The position numbers were made by a program, and so were the translations under genes. DNA of 56,702 bases, filler included, from Sphacelaria rigidula (lineage: Eukaryota), in NCBI GenBank assembly GCA_964200075.2. It is 5 parts of 5 records of this genome, joined end to end, with 100 filler letters (N's around TTAATTAATTAA, not from the genome) between each part and the next. Parts side by side here need not be neighbours in the genome. Positions count along the whole stretch, not along the records: positions 22,723 to 33,982 come from CAXNAA020005152.1; positions 34,083 to 45,342 come from CAXNAA020005153.1; 3 more parts are not named here. One strand, 5' to 3'. The notes beneath the pieces are model-generated. The model saw nothing but the letters and a program-made list of their open reading frames with translations, was not told where the DNA came from and searched no databases. Positions 24,258 to 36,836 of the stretch are shown piece by piece. Every line of letters begins with the position of its first letter. The first letter of the stretch is position 1.

Positions 24258-26627
24258 CTAGCGCGTGACCGTGAGCTGGTGGGAGTCAACCTTGGTGTAC
24301 ATGGCCCTCAGCGCTTGCAGTTGCTTTTCGTAATCCGCCCTGTCTCCATCACCACCACTTTTGCCACCACTGCCACCACCACGCTGCCTGACCACGTTTT
24401 CCCCCTTCACCCCCAATGGCACCGACTTCCGACGAGAGACCGGGGACGATACGGCGCCCGCTGGCAGCGCCAGCCCTGACTCCTTCCCAAGCGTAGCCAT
24501 GCCGCCATCCGCTTTCCTACTCAATGTATCAGCATCACAAATACCAGCGCCACCAATAGTGGCGCGCCTCCTTCGTTTCTTCGTTCGTCCCGCAGGTGTG
24601 CCACCAGCGGTTTTCTCTCGACGCGATGCTGCCGCTGCTCCCGCCCTCCCGCCGCTTCTCTTCGTGTCTCCACCGGCGTCGCCAGACAACGGACGTTTTC
24701 TGTTGCCTTTCGTTCCCTGGTGAGCACCGCCGCGCGCGCCGCCGACCTCGCCGACGGTCTCGTCGGCACCTAGGTTCGAGGAGCAGTCCTCCTCCAAAAG
24801 CCAGCATGCAGTCTGGCTTCTCCGTCTTGTCTCATCTTCTTCGTCCGACGACTCGAAGTAGCCCTTCGAACGTGACAGCCAAGCCGACAGACGAGATCGA
24901 GGCGACACGGCCTCATGCTGGTCCTCCCCAGCGGCCTGCGGCTTCAGTAAATCATTCCCTCCCACGTCTCGGTATTTCCCGCTAGACCCGCCGCCGGCGC
25001 GATCATCGCCCTTGTCATCCTCGTGCTCGTGCTCCTCTCGCTCCTCATCGTCATCACTGTCCCCGTCACCGTTGCGGTTGGTGGCGGTACCTCGCTTTCG
25101 TCTCTTCATTCCCGTGGTGGTGCGCTGCCTGTCCTTCTTACCGCTCTCCGTTTCCCCCTGAAAAGCCGTCACGGTCGCGGATTGCTCTTTGGAGGATTTT
25201 CTCGCCAACTGACCACGTGTCGGCTTGCGGGGCGACCGGCGATTTCTAGTAGGGGTTGATTTTGCGGAGAAGTTCGCAGAGGCGGTCGCGCCTGAGCCTG
25301 CGGCCGCGGGGGCGGCGACAGCTGGTGACTCGGACTTCTTCGGGCACCTGGCGGCGACCGTGGGTGGCTTTTCGGTCTCTTCCTTGTGACCACCTGGTGC
25401 CACTGTCGTGGAGGCATCGGCATTGCTATCCAGGTCGTCGCCGATGAGAGGGAAGTCGAACACTGAGCTTGGGGATGGTCCCGTCGGATCAGCAAGCAAC
25501 GGCGCGGGTGTCGATGATGCCACTTCGGATCCCACCACGCGCCTGACGCCAGCAACCGCAGGCGGTTTGTCGGTGCCCTCCTTCCGACCGTCTACTGATG
25601 CTGCACTTGCTGTTTGTGCAATGGACGCACCTGTATCCCTCTCGTCATCATCATCGCAGACATCGAAGTCGAACGCTGAAGTTGCGGATGATTGCGTTGC
25701 ACCGACAAGAGGCAGGGGTGGGTGTGTTGCGTGAGGCTCACGACTAGCACCACGAGTTGTCGAACGGGTGTTCTTGTGTCGGTTTGCTGCGCGGATGCCG
25801 GTGCCGACAGAGGTAGCCGCTGTAGCTCGTTTACTGCTCTTGTTAGCCTTTCCGAGAGCAGCAACATTGCTCTTCTTGGCCATGGGGGGCACTTTCGTCT
25901 CCGCGACTGCCGACCGTTTCTTCGTCGTTCCTGCGCTGGGAACAGATGACCTCCGCCTAACGCTCCCACTCGTGTTTTTCATGATCGCTGCTTTCGACGC
26001 CGGGCCCTTTATGTTGTTCCCAATGTTCTCCTTGTGCGGGCGAGTCTTCCCCATCTCAACCTCCTCTCCATGTTCTGCCCCCGCGCGCGTCGCTCTGCTG
26101 CTCTCTGATGAGGCACCGCCATCGCTTGCCCCGACAGATGTACCGTCCGTACCGGCATCAGAGGTTGCAGCAGTATCACCAGTGGCACCAGACTTTCGCA
26201 TCACTGTGCTCGTTTGCGCTGTTCTTGATGACTGCGTCAGATTGGTGGTGTTTTTCTTGGTCGTGGTGGTCGTCATAGTTTTGGCAACGAGCGGTTCATC
26301 GATCCGGGGCTGCGGCGATGATGATGACGAAGAGCAACCTCTGCCATCCCCCGTCGCCACGCAAGTGCCAGGGACATTGAGGCCGCTGCTTCTTTGGTTG
26401 TTGCCGCGTCTTTGCAGACGAGGGGAAGCTCGCGTCGGCGTCGCCGGGGGTTTCGTCTTATACCCACTCCTGGGGCCTACGCCAAGCCGCTTGGTGGTAG
26501 GTCCTCCTGTTGCTGCCGCTGTTCCTGCGGATGCCGAGTGTATTGAGAGGGTTGCTGCTCCCGCGGAGGGCGGGGCCGTTGTGATGGCATGGCACACGTT
26601 CTCCTTGTTACTGTTCTCTGCCGCCAT
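24258..26627 (-). CDS. Long disordered protein (~789 aa from first ATG) with KEN boxes, FDF motifs and a Sororin-like C-terminal motif
   Basis: Uninterrupted 2.37-kb GC-rich ORF, rich in S/T/A/G/K/R with basic NLS-like clusters. KEN at 26598-26606 and 26025-26033; FDF at 25665-25673 and 25452-25460; ends DYEKQLQALRAMYTKVDSHQLTVTR*. An upstream exon cannot be excluded. Confidence 0.7.
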   Translation of the reverse strand: MAAENSNKENVCHAITTAPPSAGAATLSIHSASAGTAAATGGPTTKRLGVGPRSGYKTKPPATPTRASPRLQRRGNNQRSSGLNVPGTCVATGDGRGCSSSSSSPQPRIDEPLVAKTMTTTTTKKNTTNLTQSSRTAQTSTVMRKSGATGDTAATSDAGTDGTSVGASDGGASSESSRATRAGAEHGEEVEMGKTRPHKENIGNNIKGPASKAAIMKNTSGSVRRRSSVPSAGTTKKRSAVAETKVPPMAKKSNVAALGKANKSSKRATAATSVGTGIRAANRHKNTRSTTRGASREPHATHPPLPLVGATQSSATSAFDFDVCDDDDERDTGASIAQTASAASVDGRKEGTDKPPAVAGVRRVVGSEVASSTPAPLLADPTGPSPSSVFDFPLIGDDLDSNADASTTVAPGGHKEETEKPPTVAARCPKKSESPAVAAPAAAGSGATASANFSAKSTPTRNRRSPRKPTRGQLARKSSKEQSATVTAFQGETESGKKDRQRTTTGMKRRKRGTATNRNGDGDSDDDEEREEHEHEDDKGDDRAGGGSSGKYRDVGGNDLLKPQAAGEDQHEAVSPRSRLSAWLSRSKGYFESSDEEDETRRRSQTACWLLEEDCSSNLGADETVGEVGGARGGAHQGTKGNRKRPLSGDAGGDTKRSGGRAGAAAASRREKTAGGTPAGRTKKRRRRATIGGAGICDADTLSRKADGGMATLGKESGLALPAGAVSSPVSRRKSVPLGVKGENVVRQRGGGSGGKSGGDGDRADYEKQLQALRAMYTKVDSHQLTVTR

Positions 26628-26939
26628 TCCTGCGCGCGCGCGTGTTGCTTCCGTAACGCCGTGTCTTTTTGCGGGGCGGTGTTTTGGGGGAAGGGTTGGA
26701 GCGGGCAAAAGGTGGATGGGGCAGGGATGGTGTCAGGAGACGCGGACGATTAAAAGTTACAGTGCATCAGAGAATAACGCGATATTGTAGTGTGGACACG
26801 CGGGAGAGGAGGTGCCTGCTCATTCGTGGGGCGTCACTCTGTGGCGTACTAAAGCGTAGCTGGCGCCTTGAAACATCCCGTCTGACTAGAACGCCCTTGA
26901 ATAGACAGGCCCAGTAGAGTTTACCCTAGTTTGGTGCAA

Positions 26940-27480
26940 GTTAGTCATGGCTGAGGAGTCCAACTGCCAAAACACGGTGCACTTTTAACCCCAGGGTACT
27001 CACTCTACTTTGGGGTTGGTATAGCGCTAGGGTCATGGTTTGACAACATCAAAACATACACCGACCAACGATTACTTGCGCCGGACAAGGATAAACCCGC
27101 CTCGACAAATCTTGCCCAGAGCGAGTCAGCCATGACGCCGTGGTACCATATGTAACTGCGATGCAATCTGTCCGACGCCAAAATCAATGAGCTGTGGAAG
27201 CCAAGCGTTGCCGACGACAGCCTCATGTTGATACAGTCCATGAGCGCCTCCGGCTCAGTGACTATGGATTGGGAATTGGCCGCACGGGTCATGCGACGCC
27301 AGGCAGCGCGCGGGCGCCCAAATATTAATCAGGATAGCCCACGCGAGTCCGGTTGCGGTTGCGTTGAGCATGAATCTCATCTGCAAGCCACGTATTATAT
27401 CTGTAGGCTTGACTCTTTAACCGCCGGAGTAGGCGATATGGGACACGCAGTGATTTCCCAAATTAAAGTAGTCACCGATT
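26940..27480 (-). mobile_element. Probable decayed Ty3/gypsy RT fragment
   Basis: WARFVEAGLSL...AIPTPK loosely resembles gypsy 'RLxxAGLxL...GIxPxPxK'; catalytic motif not recognisable. Confidence 0.35.
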
Positions 27481-29765
27481 GAAGAGGTGACCTACCCTGA
27501 CGGCCAAAGGGTTAACCCCTTCAGAGTCTATGCGCTAGCAAGCCGTTTTTCGTATTCCTCTGCCGGGAGTTCGAAACCATTATTTGGCGGAGGGAACAGC
27601 GCATTCATGTGAAAAATGGGGTCCGGATGTCCTTTGCAGGATGAGGGTTTGAATCAGTCTCGTGAGAAAGGGGTGATTGAAGTCGCCGTAGTGTTTGTGC
27701 GAGGAAATATCGTGTGTATGTAGAGATGTCAACGCGCGATTGGGCCATAGCTCATGGCCTCGCCTGGTGATGTTTGCACACCACCACCAGCTGCTCTTCA
27801 ACGGCGTATCCATCTCTGCTCTTTTAGGGGTCAACGGCAGCGCCAGTTGGATACGATGGCGTACAGGGTGCAGCCATCCTGTTCGCTATAAGCACTGCAC
27901 AAGCACAAGAAACACTACGGCAAAACCCCAACTTAGCCGCTCAATCATGTGCAGCAGCTGCGATCCTAGTGATCAAGAACGGAAACACGCGAAATCATTT
28001 TGTAATAGCGCCCGAGCGTCTTGCTATGATTTTCTTAGTCTACAACATCGCCATCCTCGACGGGTTTGTCAGGAGCTACACTACAACGGTCAACCCTTTC
28101 GCCGCCACGGTGGGTTGGACGGATTTGTACGGCAGCCAATCCCGAATCTATGCCAAATCGGGGGGACATAGATTCGTGAAACTCTGATTCGTGTGTACCC
28201 CTGTATGGATTCACAGATTTGTTGAAATTGTCCTGTACACCAACAGTCATTTTCTGGGGGCGGGTGTGGTCTCACAGTGAAGCCGAAGAACAGGCAGGCA
28301 GGGAATCATCCTTCGAGAGCACCGTCATACCCTGGTACCCTACGGTATAATGCAGTGCAGTACACTGTACAATCATAGTACAAGATAATACCGTGTGGTA
28401 AGACATGATGGTGCAGTCGATATTGCGATAGCAGTGCACAGTGTACGACAAGAGTTCACGAGTGCAGTGTCATTCACCACCCTGCAAGTACAGCGACAGC
28501 AGACTATAGGATAGTACAGTACCGTTCGTTATGATGATACATACAGCAGTACAGTGAAGTATAAAATATTGCCATTAACGCAGGGTACGGCGTCAACACT
28601 TCTTATCCGCTTTCAAACCCCGTGCAGAGCTGCTCCAGCAGCCGGCGCTCGCAGGCACTGTCTGTGCTATCACGAGACTGCTTCTGCTGTTGTTGCAAAA
28701 ATATCAAACGCATGTTGCCCAGTCACCGTACGTCAACATCCGCATGTGACTTGCTACAGATTCGGAGGACCTAGATTTTCCACGGATCTGCGCTCAGATT
28801 CGTGTGAAATCGTTCTCAAATCGTGACAACCGAATCTGAGCTTTCCCGATTTGGGCCAAATTGGGGTCCGTACAATACGTTTCCGGATCTGAGGTCCCCG
28901 GATCTGCTTACAGATCCGTTTTTGTGACCGCCATATAATACGGTCTTATCTGTCGAAATGAAATGGGCATATTTTTCACATGGGCATGGAATGTAAGACC
29001 ATCAGAATCACCCTCACTCTCACGGCGCATTCCCACTTTGTTTGTTTCGTTATAACATGACCTAACAAACGACAAAAGTGACGGTGATTTCGTGAGAGTG
29101 ATGGCAACGTGACGGTTCACAACTCCATCATCACAGGAAACGAGGTGCCATTCCTGTCGATGGGGGGGGGGGGGGAATGATACAAATGGAAAATTAAGTG
29201 ACGGTAACAACACGCAAACAGACCGGCGATTTCTAGCAGGGCGGCAATGACGCACAAGGTATATTGGCATTGTCGTGGGTCGAAACGCGGGCCGCCTCCC
29301 GCACGAGAAGGAGAAGCAGCATCAGCAGCAGCAGCATCTTTACCATCAGCAGATGTGTGCGGTTGAGCAGCCGGTGCTGATACTGCTGCTGCTGCTCTCC
29401 CTTGTGCCAGAGACGGTCCGCGTTTCGACTGCGCGACAACACCCACGCACCTTGCGCGTGATTGCCACCCTGCTGGGAATCGCTGGTCCGTACACTTGTA
29501 CTAACCACCGATGGGTCCATACTTGCTCACTCGGAGACGTGCTGGGAGACATAGCTGTGCGCATCTCTCTTTGGGATCTATCCACGTCGGGTGTGTATCC
29601 CAAGCGCGGCTACTGCTGGTGATGGGAAAGATAGCTGTGCGCCCCATGGAAAGCCGAACAGCCCACGCCATGCAACCATGTGACGTTCCTTTTCGCATCC
29701 TCACGCGAATGTTCACCCGCCCTAATGAAAATTGATTCCTCAACGATGAATTTTCGTGAGGCCGT

Positions 29766-31585
29766 GTGTCTTAGCACATCAGTTTTCGACTGAAAAAGGG
29801 CGGTGGAAAACAAAAAGCCTGATCTGATAGGCCGTGATTTCAACCATCGTCGAAAAATTTGAAGATGATTGAAATCACGACCTAGCAGGTCGAGATTTTT
29901 GTTTTCCACCGCACATTTTCGATCGAAAAATTGCGGTGAAGAACAAAAATCCCAATCTGATAGGTCGTAATTTCAATCGTTGTCAAAATTTCCGACGATG
30001 GTTGAAATTACCAGAGCTCTTTACATTACACGTTACGTCACAACTGTGACGTATGAAAATCGTACGTTACGTCACGTCACACTTGTGACGTATGTAAACA
30101 TGTATGTTACGAATAATATACTTACGTTTGTGACGTGTAAGGCAAAAGTGAAACGTTACACTTCGACTGTGTTGAGGGCAGATGAACGCTACTCACAACG
30201 TTGTAAGGTTTCATGTACTGCAACTTAGTACGGGTCACGATGGCTGCCTTGTTCGAGCTTGAGGCGCGTTCTGCTCGCTATTTTGACATGTAAGAATGCG
30301 TTTCAGCTAGCGTATCGCTTGTTTGCGGCGAAGTTTACCCTCTTCCGCTCGATATTTTCGAGCGTGAACTTGTCGGAAGCAGGGAGGTCCAAAGCTCCGT
30401 CTGTTGTACGACCCTCTCCTGCAGCACTCTGCCGTGCCATACTCTGAAGGGGAACCCTGGGCCGAGCTCATCGTTACGGTATCCTGGTCCGCGCTCATCA
30501 TTACGTTACACGTCGCTCCCGCCCCGTCTGTGCTATCGAAGTTGGAAATTTGAAATTCGGACATTCGAAACTCGTGCTTTCGGATTCCGAACTTTGCTTG
30601 TTTTACGAGCTGGGCCAGCCTAGTCATGGATTTAAGGTCTCAAAGCAATATTTCGTCGACACGGACGAGTTGGGCCATAATCTGCATATGGTATTCATCG
30701 TCTAACCAAGAGGAAGGTGCCCATCTGCTCAAGAGTTTGGGCCAATATTTTCTCGTTAATTAAACCTCATGTCTAGTAGTTCTCACCCAAGGGAGATAGC
30801 GTCTATAATAAAATCTCTATGAAGCCCCCGATCGATGCATTCAGCGGATGGCGAATTTCGGTGTAGACATTCCCTGGAGCACGGGGAGACGATAGACACC
30901 CTCACCTTCACCTAATTCGTGATCTACCTCGAGATATGGCGCACATAAGTTTCTTTACTAAAATCAGTACATTACGAGCAGATGGGCTACATAAACTAAA
31001 TCTGGATATCGCGTCTCACATTTTGAGAGTTATGCTATGAAATTTCGTATGGAGAACCGCTAGTGTATAATAAAGATTATAAACACAGTTTAATTTCATT
31101 ATTTTTTTCGTTTTATTTTTCATTCATTTTTCGGGTTTTGGAGGCAGTTTTGAGGAGAAATGAACACTGCTTTTGGGCCATATCTCACTTTTTTAGCTCA
31201 ATTTTTAGAATTGTGATTTGAAACTCAGGTGAAGAACCACAGGGGTGTGCTGAATGAAAAAAAAAAAAGGGCCCTCAGCTTTTTGGGGGGGGAGGTTCGG
31301 GCGTCCTCGTAAAAAAATGGCGGTTTCCACACAAAAACGCCCTAGACCAGTGAAAAACATATATATCAACCTTTGTGACGTATTGAAAATTGAAAGTTAC
31401 GTCACGTCACATTTGTGATGTATACGAAAACAAACTCTGCGTTACGTCACACCCTTGTGACGTAACGGTTGTGACTTGTGACGTGTGACGTGTGACGTGA
31501 AGAGCCCCGGAAATTACGACCTATCATATCGGGATTTTTGTTCTCCACCGCACAATTTCGATCGAAAACTAGTGTGCTAAGACAC
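29766..31585. mobile_element. Palindromic MITE host split by the hAT insertion
   Basis: Termini gtgtcttagcac..agttttcga / tcgaaaactagtgtgctaagacac; removing 30012-31517 restores two tandem ~120-bp palindromic units. Confidence 0.75.
30012..31509. mobile_element. Non-autonomous hAT-type DNA transposon
   Basis: 8-bp TSD GAAATTAC (30004-30011 and 31510-31517); TIRs cagagctctttac / gtgaagagccccg; arrays of GTCAC/GTGAC subterminal repeats at both ends; no intact transposase ORF. Confidence 0.85.
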
Positions 31586-31929
31586 GCCCTGAGACCGTAT
31601 CTTATCATGCTGTTTTCGACTCGAAATGTGCGGCAGAATCGAATTCGCTAACACCCAAAACGTCCACGGCATTCATGTTCTCAACCATATGAGAAAATAA
31701 ATTACGTTGTTGTTGTTGTTATTATTATTATTGTCTTCACATTAACAACCGTTCCGATATCTGGGCGGTACATTCGTACTGGGCATCTGATGCGGACGCC
31801 TTCCGTGGTCACAGGCTAGCAAAAAAACAAAAAAACAAACAGACCCAGGTTAAAACTCACAAAACGCGATACAAACAAAACAGGGATAAATGAAAAAGAA
31901 GGAAGAGATTACGTATGACTAACCTCAGA

Positions 31930-32540
31930 AGATCCGGTGCCGCAGGTGGCCATTCGGACTTCAGGGGGCGGACATATCAGATACGAGCGAATTTGATTCT
32001 ACCGCACGTTTTCGACACCAAAACAATTTGGTCAGACGCGGTTTAAGTGATTCGGGGGCGATGAGAACCTCGCATCCACTCACAACCAATCGGAGGAAAA
32101 AAACCCCAACACCGCCAGAATCAGCTTCAACCTCGCGTTGTGTTCTCACTTTCCTGGTTGGGTTAAAACGGGCGCTAACTTGAAAATGTCAGTCGGACGC
32201 ACGTGTCCTATATCGAATCAACTTCACACTTGATCTCCGAACGATCATGCCAGTTGCCACATCAGTAGCATCAACTCCAACGACGGCTACAATGGTGAAC
32301 CGACACTTCTCTCTGTACGATATCGAGTACGTTCTATAATAGGCAAGTGATCGAGTTCACAAGTCAAGAAGTGGTACTCCTTGGATAGTTTCTTCGTTAA
32401 TCTCCATGTTCTCGAGGACCGGATTCGGAGGCTTCCCCGAAGAGTCGTACGTTCAATCCGTCCCCGACGAGACGGCGATGTGGCCCCTTGTTTGTTCAAC
32501 CACTTTCGCCAATTTATCAATGGGAAGTCCGCACTCCTGA
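31930..32540 (-). mobile_element. Probable decayed Ty1/copia RT fragment
   Basis: Frame-broken RYR..SVGS..LMW.LA..RPTDI resembles copia 'YRxxVGSLMWLAxxTRPDI'. Confidence 0.4.
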
Positions 32541-33982
32541 CGTATCAGCTCACTGAATTATCTCAATGATATCGTTCCAACAACATAGACTATTGAACAA
32601 CAATGTTTCCAAATGTGGCCGACGAAGGAAACTCGAGATTGAAAATTATTGGATGGGGGTGTTATACACAGTCATCTCGCCGACTAAAGAGCGGGACAGT
32701 TTAGTACAGAACACGTCACTGGAGACAGACAGCAGTAGTACCGCGTTCCCCCCACTGAGAAGGCAAGACTACTTCGCCTACAATCTAGAGGAAGACGGGG
32801 GAAAAGTAATGCTGCAATATACTCGTTGTCTGGTGAAGCAACATTCTCACGTGTAAAGTGACACTGAGAGTGAGCAATGTTCTCGCGGCAAATTCACGGT
32901 GAATTTGCATTTCAAACCCATCCCAAGTGCGAATTCGTGGTCTAAACATGTGTCAAGTAAACGAAACCCCTGTTTGTCGAGTTTTGTATCAACATCGACC
33001 TACAGCTGTGCTATAGTAAGGTGTATACGGTACCTTGCCGAACCTCCTGGGGGGAAAAGTCTCTTGTGGGATGGAAGAGCGATCGTGTAGAATGGTATGC
33101 AGTACCTTGTGCCACCAGCTCCTAGGGTAGATCTCTCGCGCGTAAATGGCGGTGGCAGATCAGGTATGTCCGTGATCTGGTTTCTACATATCACTTTCGA
33201 TCAGATTAACAGTTCCCGTGCAAAACGCCGAAGTTATTCACAGCAGATGTGGAGTGATGAGCGTCCTTGACCTTGTGAGCGCGTTCAGAATCGAGCAGCT
33301 ACTATGAGGACTCGGACACAGATAAGAAGCACCGATGGCAAGGAATAAATAGCTTAATCTCACCTTGAAGAGAGAAGATATTATACATTTGCTAGAATAT
33401 ATCGTGAAACGTATTTGTGTACATGAGCATATATATCGTGCACAAAACAAATAATAATAATGCTGTACAAGCTGGGTCAGCCGAGAAGCGAATTTGTAGT
33501 TTGCAGGTCCATTAACCGGCCAATATTTATTTTAGGGTTGGACCCTGAAATTTGATGTGGACAATGAATAGGGCAAAATAAAACAAATACCAGTACACAC
33601 AAGGTTTGCTTTCACGAGATAACGCAATTGTACTGATACCTGAAAGTTGATTATTGCCCTTGATTGACTCGTAAAAAAATACTGGTGTGCACTGGTATTT
33701 GTTTGTATTATTATGCCCTATCCATTGTCGTTCGTTCATTCAAAACTGGTTATTTGAAGACTGATTACCAGACCGTTTGTGGCTGCCCCGGGTTGTGCGT
33801 CGACCGTTGTTGTTGTTGCGGTGGGCCCCTTGATGACGGCGTGGTGCGGCCCCGAGAGGGTCGTCGCCACCGTCGTGATGACCCTAAACTTTGGCTTGTG
33901 ACGGTTTAAGAGAGTTCTTCACAGAAAGTGCGTCCGACGGGAATCGAAACAGCGACTAACTTTTGTGACGGTTTAAGAGACA

Positions 33983-34082
33983 NNNNNNNNNNNNNNNNNN
34001 NNNNNNNNNNNNNNNNNNNNNNNNNNTTAATTAATTAANNNNNNNNNNNNNNNNNNNNNNNNNNNNNNNNNNNNNNNNNNNN
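33983..34082. other. Artificial contig spacer
   Basis: Identical 100-bp linker. Confidence 0.97.
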
Positions 34083-35039
34083 CCCTACAAAGCCGGGACG
34101 GAGCACGCCGGGTTCTCGCCGGACCAGGCTATATGTGTGAGGGGGGGGGCGTGACTCGAAACCCGGGATCTTTTTCTTACATGAAGTACACAGAGTCGAG
34201 CCATCTTATCGTTTTCGCCAGTGTGAAAAGGTGACAAGCCCTTGGCGGACACTTCTATTGACTTTTACTTTGTATGCAGGGAATAACGTGTCCATCAGTT
34301 CTAGCACAATACCCCCCCGCGCCCCTTCCAGTTTTTTGCCCTCTCGAAAGATTTTTCACATTGCTAAAAAACCTCTGCAGGCCGGTCATTACCTGCCTGA
34401 GTGCTCGAACGAACACGAACAACTGGTTTGGTCGTCTGATCTTTTCCTGCCCCCTCCCCTCCCCTTGAATGTGCAGCATGGTCTCCAGGAAACTCCGAAA
34501 GTCAGCCTCTTCACTGGTATTTATTTCATCACCCCATCATTTCGACCTTCCTGACTCGTGATCAACTCGTACCAGAGTCTCGCAGACAGTGTCAGTCCTT
34601 GCTCCGACTCCACAAACATACTTTGGTTAAGTCGTGAACCATCTTCATATTCAGACGTCTGACCACGTCCAACAGCGTAATAACTTCGATTTAAAGTCCC
34701 CCCCCCCGCGCGAAAATTAAGCCTTACAGAGATTTTTGGGCGTGGTGTCGGAATTGAAAATTATGTCACCCTCTGTTTTCATGTGATGGTAACCTCATAT
34801 ATGTGGATAATATACGACTGTACTCAACAGCAGGGAGTCAATCACCACAAATATCTGCAGAGAACTTGTAAGCTTTTCACATTTATACGAGTATATTGAT
34901 ATGTTTTGCTTTATCGCCGTGTTGCGATGGGGAATGTTAGACTCAGCGAGGACTCTCCACATGATCGTGAATTATATCTGTCTACTAGTGCTGTCTGTAC
35001 ACATGAACGCAACGAATGATTTAACACAGAATCTGAGAT

Positions 35040-35370
35040 ATCTTCATGCTTTTTTTTTTCTTTTTTCTTTTTTTCTTTTTTCTTTTTTTCCTTTTTTTCT
35101 TTCGAAATTTCCGCAAACTATACTGTGTACATGTATATACATATATATATATGTTCGCCCTTCTCGTTCCTTTGTTCTGTCCCCCCTCCCTTTTTTTTCC
35201 CCTCACGCAGCTCAAGATTTCTATCCCTGTATATCTTGATTATATTTTCTTTCGAGTGAGTGTTCCCCCGTGTTTTTCACTCTGGGAACGTCTTTCTTGT
35301 GTGACCACGGTTGAATGAAAACCCCTTCATATCAAGACTGGAATGAGACGATCAAATCATCAACCAACTA
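35040..35370 (+). repeat. 3' end of a related LINE/SINE family
   Basis: Pyrimidine-rich tract, then tgtgaccacggttga, then gacgatcaaatcatcaacc: the same architecture as the RTE tail. Confidence 0.5.
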
Positions 35371-36836
35371 ACGCCTGACGTGCGTGCTTGTGTATGTGCG
35401 TATATGTGTGTTCCGGCACGTGTTGGCTCATGTTTTGCAGTCTTATGGGAGGAAGTACAAAGGGCTGCGAAGGCCGAAGGCTCCTCTGCAGTTCGTGCAA
35501 AAAGACTTTTGCGACGAGGATTTCGACATCTCCGATGTCGATGTGGTGTTCGCATATTCGACCAAGTGAGTTTTTTATTCCACTTTTTTCTCCCCCATCG
35601 TTTCAACCGTGTGTGGCATTTGCAGCGGTTGAGGATCATGAGCAGCTCCCGCTCACCCCGCATACGGGGTAGAAATATTCCAACGGCTATGTTGTAATGT
35701 ACGGGAACACGTAATGTGCGCCCAAATGTTGGGAGTGTCTCCATGAAGAGTAGGAACGTCTCGAAAGGGATGCGTAGTCTATGGTAAAATGAATAAGGCA
35801 ATCAATGGACGAGTGAAAAGCTTCCCTCCCTTGTACAGCACAAGGGGTAGATGGACACAAGATTGAGAGAAAATAATCAGGGCTAAAATGACCGCCTCTG
35901 AGGCAAGGGGGGTTGGTGATGTCACAGTAGAGTATGAGTTGCGCGAGAAGCGGGGCATGCACGTACGTCCGCAAAATACCAGAGAATTGTGTGCTGAGAT
36001 ATCTCCCTCTATTTTCACATGGCGTGGTAGTAGTGATGCAGGTATAAGAATGAGAACTAAGCTACTAGCGTGAACTGGGCCGGCCAAACAGCGCGAGATT
36101 TGCCAATATCGCCACGTGCACCTCAATTCCCCGACTTGATACCAGAGACATTGACAACACACATGGTATGCAAAGTATTCACCTACATCTTCCGACCGAC
36201 TGACTCCCAATAACATATATACATATATATATATATATATATTACTTTTTTTGCACCGAGATATGACCAAACAGGTCGATTGGTCGTTTCTCGGTATAAT
36301 TGGCGTGGTCGTGTTTCGACGAAAAAGACCCCTTTAAAAAATATATCACATATACGAGCTGATCCAGTCGTGAAACCTACAAACGTACATCACACAACAA
36401 CTTCCTAAGCTTCCGAATTAGTCCGATTTAAGCACATCGTTGTAAAGTGCAGACCAACTCGTCATGCACGCTCTGCCGCAGAACAAAAAAAGAGGTGTAC
36501 TGCATAATATATTATCTTAATGACGGAACGAAAAGAAGAGGATCTATCGGGATTCGAACTCGTGAGCTCCATAATTGCAGTTTCCTGTATCACTGGGATT
36601 AATTTCAGGGGCGCAGCGGTGTCAGGCAAAAAGTGCCAGACTGTGCCCAATCTCTGGAGCTTCTGGCGGATTTTTTAGTAGAATCTCCCCCACTCAAGCA
36701 TGTGCAATATTCATGTGAATGCCACTGTTTTTCGTTTTTTTTCACAGAGTTATTACATTTTCCCAGTTTTTGCTGAAATCTCGAATCGCTCCAAGGTCGC
36801 TCCGTATTGCAAACAAAAATAGAGTCCTGTAACAAT

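Noticed and set aside
11826-26627. Functional clustering of ECM29 (proteasome) with a KEN-box protein
   Set aside because: The two genes are on different contigs separated by an artificial spacer.
25768-26790. 340-aa hydrophobic plus-strand ORF
   Set aside because: Antisense shadow of the GC-rich minus-strand gene; its composition mirrors the Thr/Lys/Ser codons on the other strand.
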